DNA of 64,000 nucleotides from Macrostomum hystrix (Eukaryota; Animalia; Platyhelminthes): NCBI GenBank assembly GCA_950097015.1, contig CATNEN010000038.1, forward strand, positions 7,688,001-7,752,000. Direction: 5' to 3'. This document shows positions 48,205-60,206 of this stretch, in pieces. The notes beneath the pieces are model-generated. The model had not been told where the DNA came from, made no database searches, and saw nothing but the letters and a program-made list of their open reading frames with translations. Position numbers and translations under genes: made by a program. Positions within the stretch are counted from its first letter, which is position 1; each line of letters opens with the position of its first letter.

Positions 48205-50465
48205 TAGAGGGACGACTCTCTTGCGGATAACATTCTGTGAAGAGACGACTCTCGTGTGTGAAACATTCTGTGGAGAGACGACTCTCGTGTGTGTAACATT
48301 CTGTGGAGAGACGACTCTCTTGCGGATAACATTCTGTGGAGAGACGACTCTCGTGTGTGAAACATTCTGTAGAGAGACGACTCTCGTGTGTGAAACATTC
48401 TGTGGAGAGACGACTCTCGTGTGTGAAACATTCTGTGGAGAGACGACTCTCGTGTGTGTAACATTCTGTGGAGAGACGACTCTCGTGTGTGTAACATTCT
48501 GTGGAGAGACGACTCTCGTGTGTGTAACATTCTGTAGAGAGACGACTCTCGTGTGTGTAACATTCTGTGGAGAGACGACTCTCGTGTGTGTAACATTCTG
48601 TGGAGAGACGACTCTCGTGTGTGTAACATTCTGTGGAGAGACGACTCTCTTGTGTGTAACATTCTGTGGAGAGACGACTCTCGTGTGTGAAACATTCTGT
48701 GGAGAGACGACTCTCGTGTGTGAAACATTCTGTGGAGAGACGACTCTCGTGTGTGTAACATTCTGTGGAGAGACGACTCTCGTGTGTGAAACATTCTGTG
48801 GAGAGACGACTCTCGTGTGTGTAACATTCTGTGGAGAGACGACTCTCGTGTGTGAAACATTCTGTGGAGAGACGACTCTCGTGTGTGTAACATTCTGTGG
48901 AGAGACGACTCTCGTGTGTGTAACATTCTGTGGAGAGACGACTCTCGTGTGTGTAACATTCTGTAGAGAGACGACTCTCGTGTGTGTAACATTCTGTGGA
49001 GAGACGACTCTCGTGTGTGTAACATTCTGTGGAGAGACGACTCTCGTGTGTGTAACATTCTGTGGAGAGACGACTCTCTTGTGTGTAACATTCTGTGGAG
49101 AGACGACTCTCGTGTGTGAAACATTCTGTGGAGAGACGACTCTCGTGTGTGTAACATTCTGTGGAGAGACGACTCTCGTGTGTGTAACATTCTGTGGAGA
49201 GACGACTCTCTTGTGTGTAACATTCTGTGGAGAGACGACTCTCGTGTGTGAAACATTCTGTGGAGAGACGACTCTCGTGTGTGTAACATTCTGTGGAGAG
49301 ACGACTCTCGTGTGTGTAACATTCTGTGGAGAGACGACTCTCGTGTGTGTAACATTCTGTGGAGAGACGACTCTCGTGTGTGTAACATTCTGTAGAGAGA
49401 CGACTCTCGTGTGTGTAACATTCTGTGGAGAGACGACTCTCGTGTGTGTAACATTCTGTGGAGAGACGACTCTCGTGTGTGTAACATTCTGTGGAGAGAC
49501 GACTCTCGTGTGTGTAACATTCTGTGGAGAGACGACTCTCTTGTGTGTAACATTCTGTGGAGAGACGACTCTCGTGTGTGAAACATTCTGTGGAGAGACG
49601 ACTCTCGTGTGTGAAACATTCTGTGGAGAGACGACTCTCGTGTGTGTAACATTCTGTGGAGAGACGACTCTCGTGTGTGAAACATTCTGTGGAGAGACGA
49701 CTCTCGTGTGTGTAACATTCTGTGGAGAGACGACTCTCGTGTGTGAAACATTCTGTGGAGAGACGACTCTCGTGTGTGTAACATTCTGTGGAGAGACGAC
49801 TCTCGTGTGTGTAACATTCTGTGGAGAGACGACTCTCGTGTGTGTAACATTCTGTAGAGAGACGACTCTCGTGTGTGTAACATTCTGTGGAGAGACGACT
49901 CTCGTGTGTGTAACATTCTGTGGAGAGACGACTCTCGTGTGTGTAACATTCTGTGGAGAGACGACTCTCTTGTGTGTAACATTCTGTGGAGAGACGACTC
50001 TCGTGTGTGAAACATTCTGTGGAGAGACGACTCTCGTGTGTGAAACATTCTGTGGAGAGACGACTCTCGTGTGTGTAACATTCTGTGGAGAGACGACTCT
50101 CGTGTGTGAAACATTCTGTGGAGAGACGACTCTCGTGTGTGTAACATTCTGTGGAGAGACGACTCTCGTGTGTGTAACATTCTGTGGAGAGACGACTCTC
50201 TTGTGTGTAACATTCTGTGGAGAGACGACTCTCGTGTGTGAAACATTCTGTGGAGAGACGACTCTCGTGTGTGTAAAATTCTGTGGAGAGACGACTCTCG
50301 TGTGTGAAACATTCTGTGGAGAGACGACTCTCGTGTGTGAAACATTCTGTGGAGAGACGACTCTCTTGCGGATAGCATTCTGTGGAGAGACGACTCTCGT
50401 GTGTGAAACATTCTGTGGAGAGACGACTCTCGTGTGTGAAACATTCTGTGGAGAGACGACTCTTT
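48205..50465. repeat. 33-bp minisatellite (acattctgtggagagacgactctcgtgtgtgta)n, ~68 copies
   Basis: Direct tandem units with an internal hairpin gagag-acga-ctctc and higher-order blocks. Confidence 0.98.
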
Positions 50466-51598
50466 TGACATACGATTGCACAGCATAGAATGGCGTTTAG
50501 CATAGCTCTGCTGTGAAACGATAGACAAGCCTCGTGGATGCGTACAATACCCAGTTTTTGTTCGAATCCGAATTTCCTTGGTGCATCAGTTCCCATTTGC
50601 TACTCTAGTAACAATTTCGGCCCATTTAGAATTCGTGCATGAAAAAATGAACACAAATGTGGAACATGACCGCCTTGATTCTACTTTAGCTACTATGCTT
50701 TGCTTCACCAACTCGTTGTACTTAAAAACAATAAAGCAGCACTAATCATTCACAATACCGCTTCGCAACATTCTGCGAGTCTTTTCTTGAGTACACTGAT
50801 TTGTTTCATGATCGACTTCAACGATAAAATGCAAAATCAAGACTTTTTATAAAGTTTTCAGTTTGACTTTTGCTTATTTTTTACAATTCATAAGCTACAT
50901 ATGTAAGCAACAATGTACTTGCAAACGAGCTGTCATCAAAAAGAAAGAATAGCAGAAATAAACACTTTTATCTGGAATAAATATTTCTGTCCCCGGCAAC
51001 AGATACAGGCATATTTGTATTACACTGCAGTGCAATAATTAGTAATATTTGGGTGTGGCTTCATAGTCACTGACTGCTCTCCTATTCAACTGGTTCCAGC
51101 CACTCCAATCTGCTTCATTCCTGACATCCCCAACATCTCCCGACTGCGCTCACCTGGCTCACCTGCTCCCATCTCTCTCCGCTCTGCTCTTCTCCCCATG
51201 CCCCTACCCATTCTTCCACAACCTGCAGCAATTGTGCTGTCTTCCAGGAAAGCCCAGGAAATGAGAAACTGCCAGGCGGGCGGAGCGGGTGGGTGCGGTG
51301 CAGTAGACCCGGAGACTGGCTGGGATTTTATTGCAAGACCATGAGGGAGTTGTGTGTCTGCCCCGTGTGTGCACCGGAGGGGCAGGAGATCGCGAGCCTG
51401 AAGTGTGGCATGAAAGGGGAGGAAGAGAAGAATGAATTGAAGGTTCCTGGAGACGATTATTTTGGTCTCTAGGCGAAGGAGAAATAAAATAGATAACGCT
51501 CGAGAACCGCTGGCACCGGCTGAAACTAAATTAGAGCACTTTCCAGTCATCTCACATGACTATACCTGGCTACGACGCAGCTGAGCTTACAGTAAACA

Positions 51599-54500
51599 AT
51601 GTCATCAACTACAACACCAGGCACGACTTTGCCTATCAGCTCAGACCAGTTAAAAGCTGAGGGCAGTTGCAGCGGCGTACACCGCTGGTACGTGCATTTG
51701 GCAGCCTCAGCAGTTGTGTTCGTCGGTGGCTTGATGGGCCTTCTAACCTGGAAGGCAGTTTCGGTGCTGCGACATTGGCTGAGGCTTCGGCAACTGCTGG
51801 CGTCAACTGAGCATCGAGTCTTCGCATCGGCGACGGATGGAAACAACATTGACGAAATCGCGGCGTCCTCGGTTGACAATGAGAACTCCGGAGAGCGAGG
51901 AAGGCGATTCAAGGACTCGCTAAGGGACTTGGCCGGGCAAATCGTCAGTCCGCACACGGCCATGGGTCGAGTCGCGCTGCTTGTCAACTTCGCCCTGAGC
52001 ATGACCTCCGTAGCCTTCTACACCTACGAGTCAATCAACTGGGCTGGCCGCGTGGAGCGCTGCTTCCCCTGGGAGCAGAGTCCTCTGATGATCACCGACC
52101 TGGCCTTCAACTGCTTTTATCTGGTCCGCTTCTGTCTGAGATTTCTGGCCGCCCCAAACAAGCTGCTCTTCTGGTTGGAGATGCAGTCTCTCGTCGATTA
52201 TTGCACAGTACCTACGGCTTTTGTAGGACTCAGTCTTGAGCAGTACTGGCTGGGCCTGAGATTTCTGCGGGTTCTGCACCTTACGGCCCTGCCAGACGTA
52301 TTGCAAAGGGTTGGACTGCTGCACAGTGGCTCCAAGATCCGTCTGCTGCAGCTAGTCACCATCTTTGCCTGCGTTTGGTTCTTGGGAGCCAGCGCTATCC
52401 ACGTGCTTGAGAACTCGGCAAGTTTGCACGGGGTCGGCAGCACTAGTGTAAGTTTGCATCCTACTCAGGTTGAATCATGCAGTTGCTCATTAAGCCGAAG
52501 CTGTTTAGAGAGACAGAAAAAGCACACATCTGATATATTACATCATATACTAGCGTATAATTTTTGCAGGAGGGCTGTGGCCACTGGCAAAGCATTTGGT
52601 GAGGGCGGATGCGGAGCCAGCGAGAAGGCAATTCTGCCCATTCTGTTGACTCGTGAGCACACTCTCACACGTTGTGTACATCTGTCCTGACTTTCTCATC
52701 GTCAGGCACACTCTCATATACACTCTCTGTGCCAGTGTGTGGCCTCTAATGACACAATAATTACACAAAAAGTCCCCAAAAGTATTCTCTCCACAACTGC
52801 GCCCCAAATTAATGTGGCCTCACCGCGGAATCGAGCTCAGGGACCTTGTTGCGCTTTGTTTGTAATATTACTCTTTACTATCTTTACTATATTTCAACAA
52901 GTAAGCATCGATGTCAAATGGAATTCCATTGTCCTAGAAACTGTCTCACAGTTTAACATGAAACTATAACTTGGCTCCATTTATAAGGGTGTAACTTTCG
53001 GCAACTGTCTCTATTTCACACTGGTCACAATGAGTACCGTGGGCTTCGGTGACATCACCCCGACAACAAGCTGGGGCCGGGCCTTCACGAGCCTGTACAT
53101 CCTCGTGGCGCTGGGCATATTCGCGTCCTACACCCCGGAGATCGCCGGCATGCTGGCAGCTCGCAGCAAGCACTCCGGAGCTTTCAAGGCTGAGCACGGC
53201 GGAAAGCACATTGTGCTGTGCGGCGCCCCTAGCGCTCCATCAGTAGACACATTCCTGGCCAACCTGCTGCACGCAGACAGAAGATTGTCCTACGGCCTCG
53301 TTGTTGTCTGCCTGTTTCCGCAGAAACCGGGCCCGGAATTTCAAAGCTTGTTGAAGCGTTACTATAGAAGCCTGGTCTATTTGGATGGCTCTATTATGAG
53401 CACAACTGACTGCAGGTAGGCGGTTAAGATATTTAGTAGCAGGAAACTGCTTACGAGCTATTAAGATGAGCTCAATTGCTTCTTTTTTCCGGAGAGTTGA
53501 CTCGGTAGGCCAAAAACTTTCGTGGATAAGGAAAGTACGGGACGAGCATATAAAGCATAATTTCTTGATGGCAATGAGACAAATTACACCTACAGGCAGA
53601 GGAAAGCGTATAGAAGTCATTAACGGGATTGAGACTTGACTAAATGAATTTTTGCCATGCTGTTGGTTTCTCAGAATCGTTAACATGGGAATCTCCGTGA
53701 TTTCTAGGCGAGCCCGTCTAACCTCAGCCGAAGCTGCCATCGTCCTGGCACGCCAGGACTCAGCCCACCCAGACGAGGAAGATGCCGAGAATACGATGCG
53801 CGCCGTGTCCATTAAGAACGCTGCACCGTCAGTCCGCTGCATCGTTCAGCTGCTGCAGCACCACAGCAAGTGGCAGCTGGAGTGCATCCCCAACTGGGAC
53901 TGGAGGCGCGGCGATGAGTGCGTCTGCGTATCCGAGCTGCGGCTTGGTCTGCTGGCCCAGAGCTGTGCAGCGCCTGGGTTTTCCACTCTGATGGCGAACC
54001 TGTTCGCGACGCGCTCCGTACCTTCTGGGCCCGGGCTCGACATGTGGGTGGCCGACTATTTGGCCGGCGGGGCCAATGAAATCTACTCGGAGTGGCTCGG
54101 CCCGGCCTTTGCCGGCATGACCTTCGCTGAGGCGGCGGCGGTGTGCTATAGCAAACTGCACGTCATCTTGATAGCGGTGATGCCAGAAAGTTCAACGGAG
54201 GAATCGGAACACACAACACCAGCGCTGTTGTTAAACCCTTCGGGAACAGCTGAGGGCTTTGATATTCCTCAGGTCGGCAAGCGATGCCGTGGCTTCTTCT
54301 TGGCCGACTCGCAAGATGACATTCGCGAAGTCCTTAGCCTGGACAAAGTAACAGCTCGCGAGGCTCTGCAGCGAGTTCATGTCAGCGAGTTTTCTTCCGA
54401 CGCGGCCTTCGAAGCCAGAGTGGCGGAGCCCTGCAGCTTAGATCCGTCCAACAGAGCTACGCACTGGTGCGAGACCAGAGACCTAGACACGGAAGCACTT

Positions 54501-55685
54501 GTTTCCGTGGGGAGAGGCCCAACCAAGCTGCCACGATTCAGGGGCCACTACGTCCTGTGTGTCGCCGGCTGCTCTGATACTACTGCTCAGTTAGGCCTGT
54601 GCAGCTTTGTTGCTCCGTTGCGATCACGGGCCTATCATAAGAGCGATCTGAAACCAATCGTGATTATTTGCGAGATGGAACAGCTGAAGCAGGAGTGGAC
54701 CGATCTCTGCAACTTTCCTGATGTCTTTGCGGTTCCACAATCGCCAATGAGGCGGGCCAGCTTGCGAGCAGCTTGTAAGTGCTTGTTGAAATATTTGCCA
54801 TTGACGAGATCGTTGCTGGCTGATGGACGGGTTTGTGAGCTTTTCCCAAGAAGTCTGAGAAAGTATAATTCATGAAAGTCATAAATTCAAATTGCAGGCA
54901 TTAACCACTGTGACATGTGCGTAGTGATCAGTGGCGGCCACTGCTGGTCTACAAATGGCGATCAGTTAGATCCCTACTTGGTGGATCGCGAAGTCATCAT
55001 GTGTTCATTGAATATCAAGGCCATCGGACTTCCAGGAGGCTCTGATGTGTACTACCAGGCTTTAGGACTGCCGACCCCTCTTACCTCAAAGCAAATAGGA
55101 GCGCCAATTATCACAGAAATTCTGGTGGACAAGAACATCCAGTACCTAGACCAAGATGACAATGACAATGAAGCTTTCGAAGAAATTCACAGCGCAGAGG
55201 CGTTCGCCTGCGGCAACGCGTTCACAGCCAGCGTTCTCGACTCGCTTCTGGCGACAGTCTACTACAATTCCAGCGCCATGCGGCTGATCACAGCGCTGCT
55301 GTCAGGGGGAGCCGTACAGCACAGCCACGGAGGCTCCGCAAACGCTTTGGCTTCGGCACTGCACATCTCCAGGGTCACGCAGTTAAGTATGCTAATGGAT
55401 GACCGCTTGGCGGTGGGCTGTGATACCTTCGGCAGCCTGTTCCTGACGCTTCTGTGCCAGCACGGAATTTTGTGCTTCGGTGTGCACCGATACATGGACA
55501 GTTACGGAGGCCGCAAAGGCTCAGGTGGCACTAACAAGCGCGTGGTTATCGCGTGCCCTCGACACGATTTCCGAATGCTGCGCTCTGACATGGTGTTCTG
55601 CCTGCTGCCAGCTACCAGCGCTCCTGCAGCCGAGCTAGCCCGGCACGCGGATAGCCCAACTGGTCCAAGCATCGAGTTTCACTGA
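51599..55685 (+). CDS. Slo/BK-family (KCNMA1-like) K+ channel, divergent paralogue, ~1043 aa
   Basis: Exons 51599-52447, 52988-53415, 53708-54774 and 54898-55685 total 3132 nt in frame. S0 helix, S4 WLGLRFLR, pore MSTVGFGD, S6 FASYTPEI, RCK1 KHIVLCG and EDAENTMRAVSIKN, LGLLAQSCAAPGFSTLMANLF, RCK2 PIITE...NIQYLDQDD and FACGNAFTASVLDSL. Confidence 0.95.
52556..52850 (-). mobile_element. SINE family A copy in Slo intron 1
   Basis: Reverse complement of the family A body (gtgtacatctgtcctgactttctcatcgtcaggca) and head (aatcgagctcagggacctt). Confidence 0.85.
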
Positions 55686-56961
55686 TCTGTGCTCCACAAT
55701 GCTACATTCAAAAGATCTAGTTCGTTTGCGTTACATAGAAACATTTCTCTATTTTATGACGTACAAAAATTTGGCCGTTAAATAACATAGAAAACTGGTA
55801 TAGTTCTGATAATATGGGTTTCATTTTATAACTAAACAAGAAAAATAGACATTTTAGCTGATTAATGATCAAGAAGTTTAGCAATCGTCAAATTTCCTGT
55901 CAATTTTTTTGTCTAAATTCCTCTTGGCACTTAAATTTAGGGACACCGCTTAAAATCAGCGACGCGATATGAACTGACATTTTTATTTAAAAAAAACAAT
56001 CTTACAAATCAAAAGTGCACGTTCTAAAACTTTTTGACTTGATCTGACAGACAGCAATACGTTTTCCAAGCTCGTATAGGTCTGGTCTAAAAAGTAACAA
56101 AATATAAACAAAGTGGGGTCGTACTATAAAGTGAATTCGTAATATATGTTTGACCTTAGCTCCTATCTCGGCAATTTAAAATTGCGTATCCTTAGTCTGA
56201 ACTTAGGGATACACAAGCTTTATAGTACGGGCCCAGTGTCGTCATTTACTTTAACATTGACTTTGTGGACTGTCTATGTTCCAAACCCTTTTTCCTTTAG
56301 AGAGATCTGCCGCAGTGTCAAGGCAAGTAGAGAATATATGGAATCCCAGTAGCAGCGACTGCCATAGAACTACTCTTGACCATAGACAAAAAAGCCAATA
56401 TAGTTAATTAAAAGCCAACCAAGTCATGGATGGAGGAATATCCATGAGCTCATGGCAGTGGCTGCTGCCTGCTGCAATCAATGGGAATTCACAACGTGGT
56501 AGACTTTGTTCTCGACTTGACTGACTAAAGCGATATTTTAGTATGTGTATCAAAGTTTACCCAACAGAGACTAAAAACACAATGTTGATTTTGGGATATC
56601 CTAAAAATGATTTACAAATCCGTTCAAAATAATCGTAGTATATTTTAATTGACTTTGTACAATGCTCTCCTGTCTCATTAATCTTTTTTCTTACGTTTAC
56701 TATTAAGAAAACCGAATTTTCTTTAAATGAAGTAAAGTAATGTAAAAATATTATTTTATATTATTAAAAAAATATTTATATTTATATTATATTATTTTAA
56801 TATAATATTATTTTAAAGTAAAAACACCTTCGACAATTTTGGACATAAGTGAAGTTTATTTAGTCCTTGGCCAGCTCAGTCCTATAGAAAAGTGAGTTTG
56901 ATTTACTGCCCAGTTAGGCCCGGCCATAGACTAAGGAAAGCATTTATTTGATGCGAGAGAA

Positions 56962-58735
56962 ATATATTTGGCCGGGACAATAAATTATTTATTGGCCCGA
57001 GTACTTTAGAGTTTCTGTTTGAACGAAATAACGTGTAAGAAACGAAGAACGAACGAAGTACTGCACTTTTGTCATTGAGTTCTCAAAAACGAAAATTGTT
57101 AATCGACAGTAATCGTGACCTTATTCGATTCGCCACAGATCTCGATTCGCATCTTCTTAGGACTAGGACTGTCGGAGTTGACGGCGACAGTTGACTGTTG
57201 TCCTTGGTGGGCAACAACATTAGAAGAGGTAGCAGTAGTAGCTCCAGTGGTAGTAATGACGGCAGAGGCCTGGCTCTGGCAGACTATGTGCGTCATGGAA
57301 TCTCCACCAGCGTTGATGTTTGTCACTTGGTTCACTTCTCTTGCGGCAATGATTGCCGAGGCCTCCTTCTGCTTAGTCACGGATTGACCGATATACCTTT
57401 CAAGAGCCGAGGAGCTGTGGCCGGTGACGCGACAAATGTCGGCACGTTCGACACCGGCTTCATGAAGTCTTGTTGCAGCCGTTTTGCGCAAACTCTGGTT
57501 GGTATACTTGCTGGTATCCTCAGGTGCAACTATAGTTTGACACATGTCTTTACTGTCTCTGCGAGAGTGTGCCGTCCGACAGGAGATCGCATGAACCATG
57601 AACAGGCTGAACCAGGCGACCACGACCGATTCACCGCCAAGAACAAGGCGGCTTCGCTATTAGGAGGACGCTTTGTCGTGTACTCTTTGTAGATACACAC
57701 TGGGCAGCGTTCATGATTATCCGTATGAAACGCACGAACTACCTTCGGGTCACGGAGCAATCCCTTCAGACCGCCTTGATTGGTTTTGGTCACGCAATTT
57801 TCTCTGTAGACGATGCACTCGTGGCATCCAACAGACTCCAGTTGAATCTGCCTGTCAAATTCTAGGTCACGTAGTTCCGCACCGCCACGCAGGGCAAAAT
57901 GTTTCCCTAACAGCCACACGACGGCGTTTAGTAGGCTGCGCGGCGTCGTCACACCCAGCACACCATCAGCCCATAGTTTGTCCTCAATCGTATTTGGAAT
58001 TGTTTCAGCCTTGTTCAAGCGAGCACCTTTGCCTTCTCTGGTAGCCACCTTCATAGCCGCATCCAATGCGACACGGGTTTCCCGGAAGGCGTCGTCCCTC
58101 CAGATTGACCAGTTTTGTTTCAACACATTTTGCCAGTACCATTGAATCATGGACACAAAGTCTTTGAGAGTGGTGGAAGTGTACCGTTCTCCATCCTGAT
58201 TGCGTACTTCCATTACGAAGTACTTCAGAAGAAAATTCAGATCTGGCTTCGTCATCTCCGAGAGATCTTTCAGGACCATTAATGATGGACCACCACCCGT
58301 TGACCAAGCAGTCTTCTTCTGCTCATGCCAATTCTTGAATACGCCGACGATCCAATCAGCCTTCTTTTTAGTATTTTCTGGTATCGCTTTCTCCAGTTGC
58401 AAATTCAACTCCAACTCGTTCATCATCGCATGCCGACTCGAAACCACTCCATCACGTTGTTTGTCGCCTTCGGCCACCATGAACAGGTCAAGATTAAAAT
58501 CCATGTCCGGCAGAGTCAAGTCAAGTAAGTCGTCAGGAATACTCATTGTGGTTTTTTGGCTGGATAAGTCGCTGGTAAGTACGTTGCCGGATTTCATCGT
58601 AACTTTCCTCTCGCTTGACACGAACTGAGTAATAAATACATCATTCCCCACTTGTTTTATTTATTTTGGTCGTAAGCGGCTGAGGACGCGTTTATTGGCC
58701 GAGGCGAAGCCGAGCCGTTAAGCCGTTAACATATA
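56962..58735 (-). mobile_element. Crypton (tyrosine recombinase DNA transposon); ends approximate
   Basis: YR gene plus the subterminal motif ggccgaggcgaagccgag at ~58697, recalled as typical of animal Cryptons. A related ttattggcc at ~56990 and short ATATA direct repeats mark the proposed ends. It has no TIRs of its own. Confidence 0.7.
57099..58597 (-). pseudogene. Crypton-type DUF3504 tyrosine recombinase with one frameshift near 57550
   Basis: AIPENTKKK..W.V.VFKNW, FVMEVRNQDGERY, LW..GVLG..TP.SLL, FALRGG.ELR.L, TKTNQGGL, RCPV..Y..Y..KRP, WF...PVGRHTL, then in a shifted frame YTNQSLRKTAATRL..AGV....I...TGHSS.ALERY. Confidence 0.9.
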
Positions 58736-59043
58736 CTTAGTCGTTAGAGCCATGAGACTAAAGATTAAACAAGAACAACACAAACCAAAATAGACAAAAA
58801 CTTTATGTCACGACACTTCCCCTATTAAATTTAATCAACAATGTCTTCCATGGCAATGCAGCGGGGTATGTACCGAAGGCTCTCACGATGCTAGGCTTCG
58901 CAGTGAGGCTGTGTGACAGCTGCCATACTCGCCTCCAGTTCGCGCTCGGGAATGCGAGCGCGGTGTTCTTGTAGAGTGATGCCAAGTGCGTTGGCAGCGT
59001 TCCTGTCATCTAGCTGACGCTGCAACTCCACTTGATTTAGTGA

Positions 59044-59901
59044 TCACTTTAGTGATGCTTTCACTGAGGAGATAGCACGCTCCGTCATTTTCAGAAACGG
59101 ATAATAAGGTGATAAAGGTTTGATCGCTTGCTCTGCTTCCATGGCCGGTGGATTCCAGTGGGCACGAGCATTGCCGAAAAGAAGGCAGAATGGCTCACCA
59201 ACCAATGCAGACAGTTCGCAGCCATAAACTCTACAAACAGTTCGCGTGTCATTCCGCCCCGCACAGTCTTCCAGTAGACTAGACCGCGCGTCGGACTGAC
59301 AGCCATACACACTGAAACATTGCGTCCCCATTGGTTCGTCACAATTCGCACTGCAGGGACTCCCGCATGTACGCGACCTTGAGTCTTCGCTGTCCAAACA
59401 TTACAGCTCTTTTCGTCACAGTAGATCAGTAGCTTCCCCAATCCATCGGTCATGATCCAGTGGGCAAAGTCACGACGTTCTTGCTTGATGCGGTCGGCAT
59501 TCCATGCCTCTGGGATGGTGCGTAGTAGCTTTAGAGTAATCAATCCTCCGTCCAGAGCACGGCTTATGGTTTGAATGGTGCAGGGTTGCCAGTTTGGGAA
59601 CATAATCAAGCGTTGCCGCATATCATTGAGCGTCATGGTGGGTGTTTCACCAACAAATTCAACAAGGCTGTCGAGCATAGCTTCAGTTAAAGCTTTTGGC
59701 TTATTTCCACCTCGTCTCAATGCCTGAACGCGTCCATGCACTTTGTTCGTATTTAACGAAAACATTTCTGGCAGACTGACGTGGAATGTTTAGCTGTCTC
59801 GCTAGTTGCTGCCAATCGACATTGCCAATAAAGCCGTCGATGAGTCTTCGCCGGTCCTGCTCAGAGATTGTAAATCTGCGAATGCCTACAGCTGCCGCCA
59901 T
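59044..59901 (-). pseudogene. Frameshifted IS630/Tc1-like DDE transposase (DD30E spacing)
   Basis: Three overlapping ORFs give an HTH (DWQQLARQLNIPRQSA), RGG..PKAL, IYCDE, GRNVSVCMAVSP..GLV, LFGNARAH (second Asp changed to Gly) and LSPYYPFLKMTE. Confidence 0.85.
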
Positions 59902-60052
59902 GATGACTAAATATAATTCACTTTGACTAAAATCAAGTCATGGAACGGTTTAAAAACGCGGCACTTGACTAAATCGATATCATTTCTTTACGATCTAGTC
60001 TACGGTAAACACCGAGTGCTGACTAAATCAAACTCACTTTTCTAGGACTGAG

Positions 60053-60206
60053 CCACAGATATAATACTATAATAACTATATTTGACAATAATATAGATAA
60101 TATATAAAACCAAAAAATACAAAAAATGTCTATATTTCTACTGAATTGAAAGTAGCTTGCAATTATATGTGTTGAGAGACCTATCTAGTTATTATAGTAT
60201 CTGTGG
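60053..60206. mobile_element. 154-bp MITE with CCACAGAT TIRs and a 6-bp TSD (ACTGAG), inserted in the right TIR of the Tc1-like element
   Basis: ccacagat(ataat)actataataacta ... tagttattatagtatctgtgg. ACTGAG occurs at 60047-60052 and 60207-60212. Confidence 0.8.

Noticed and set aside
48205-50465. CRISPR-like array (33-bp unit with a palindrome)
   Set aside because: Units are head-to-tail with no unique spacers, there are no cas genes, and the context is eukaryotic.
56400-56520. Missing N-terminal half of the Harbinger transposase left of the Tc1-like element
   Set aside because: Only a vague AACCNQWEFT resemblance and no GxIDGTH-type motif; not supportable.
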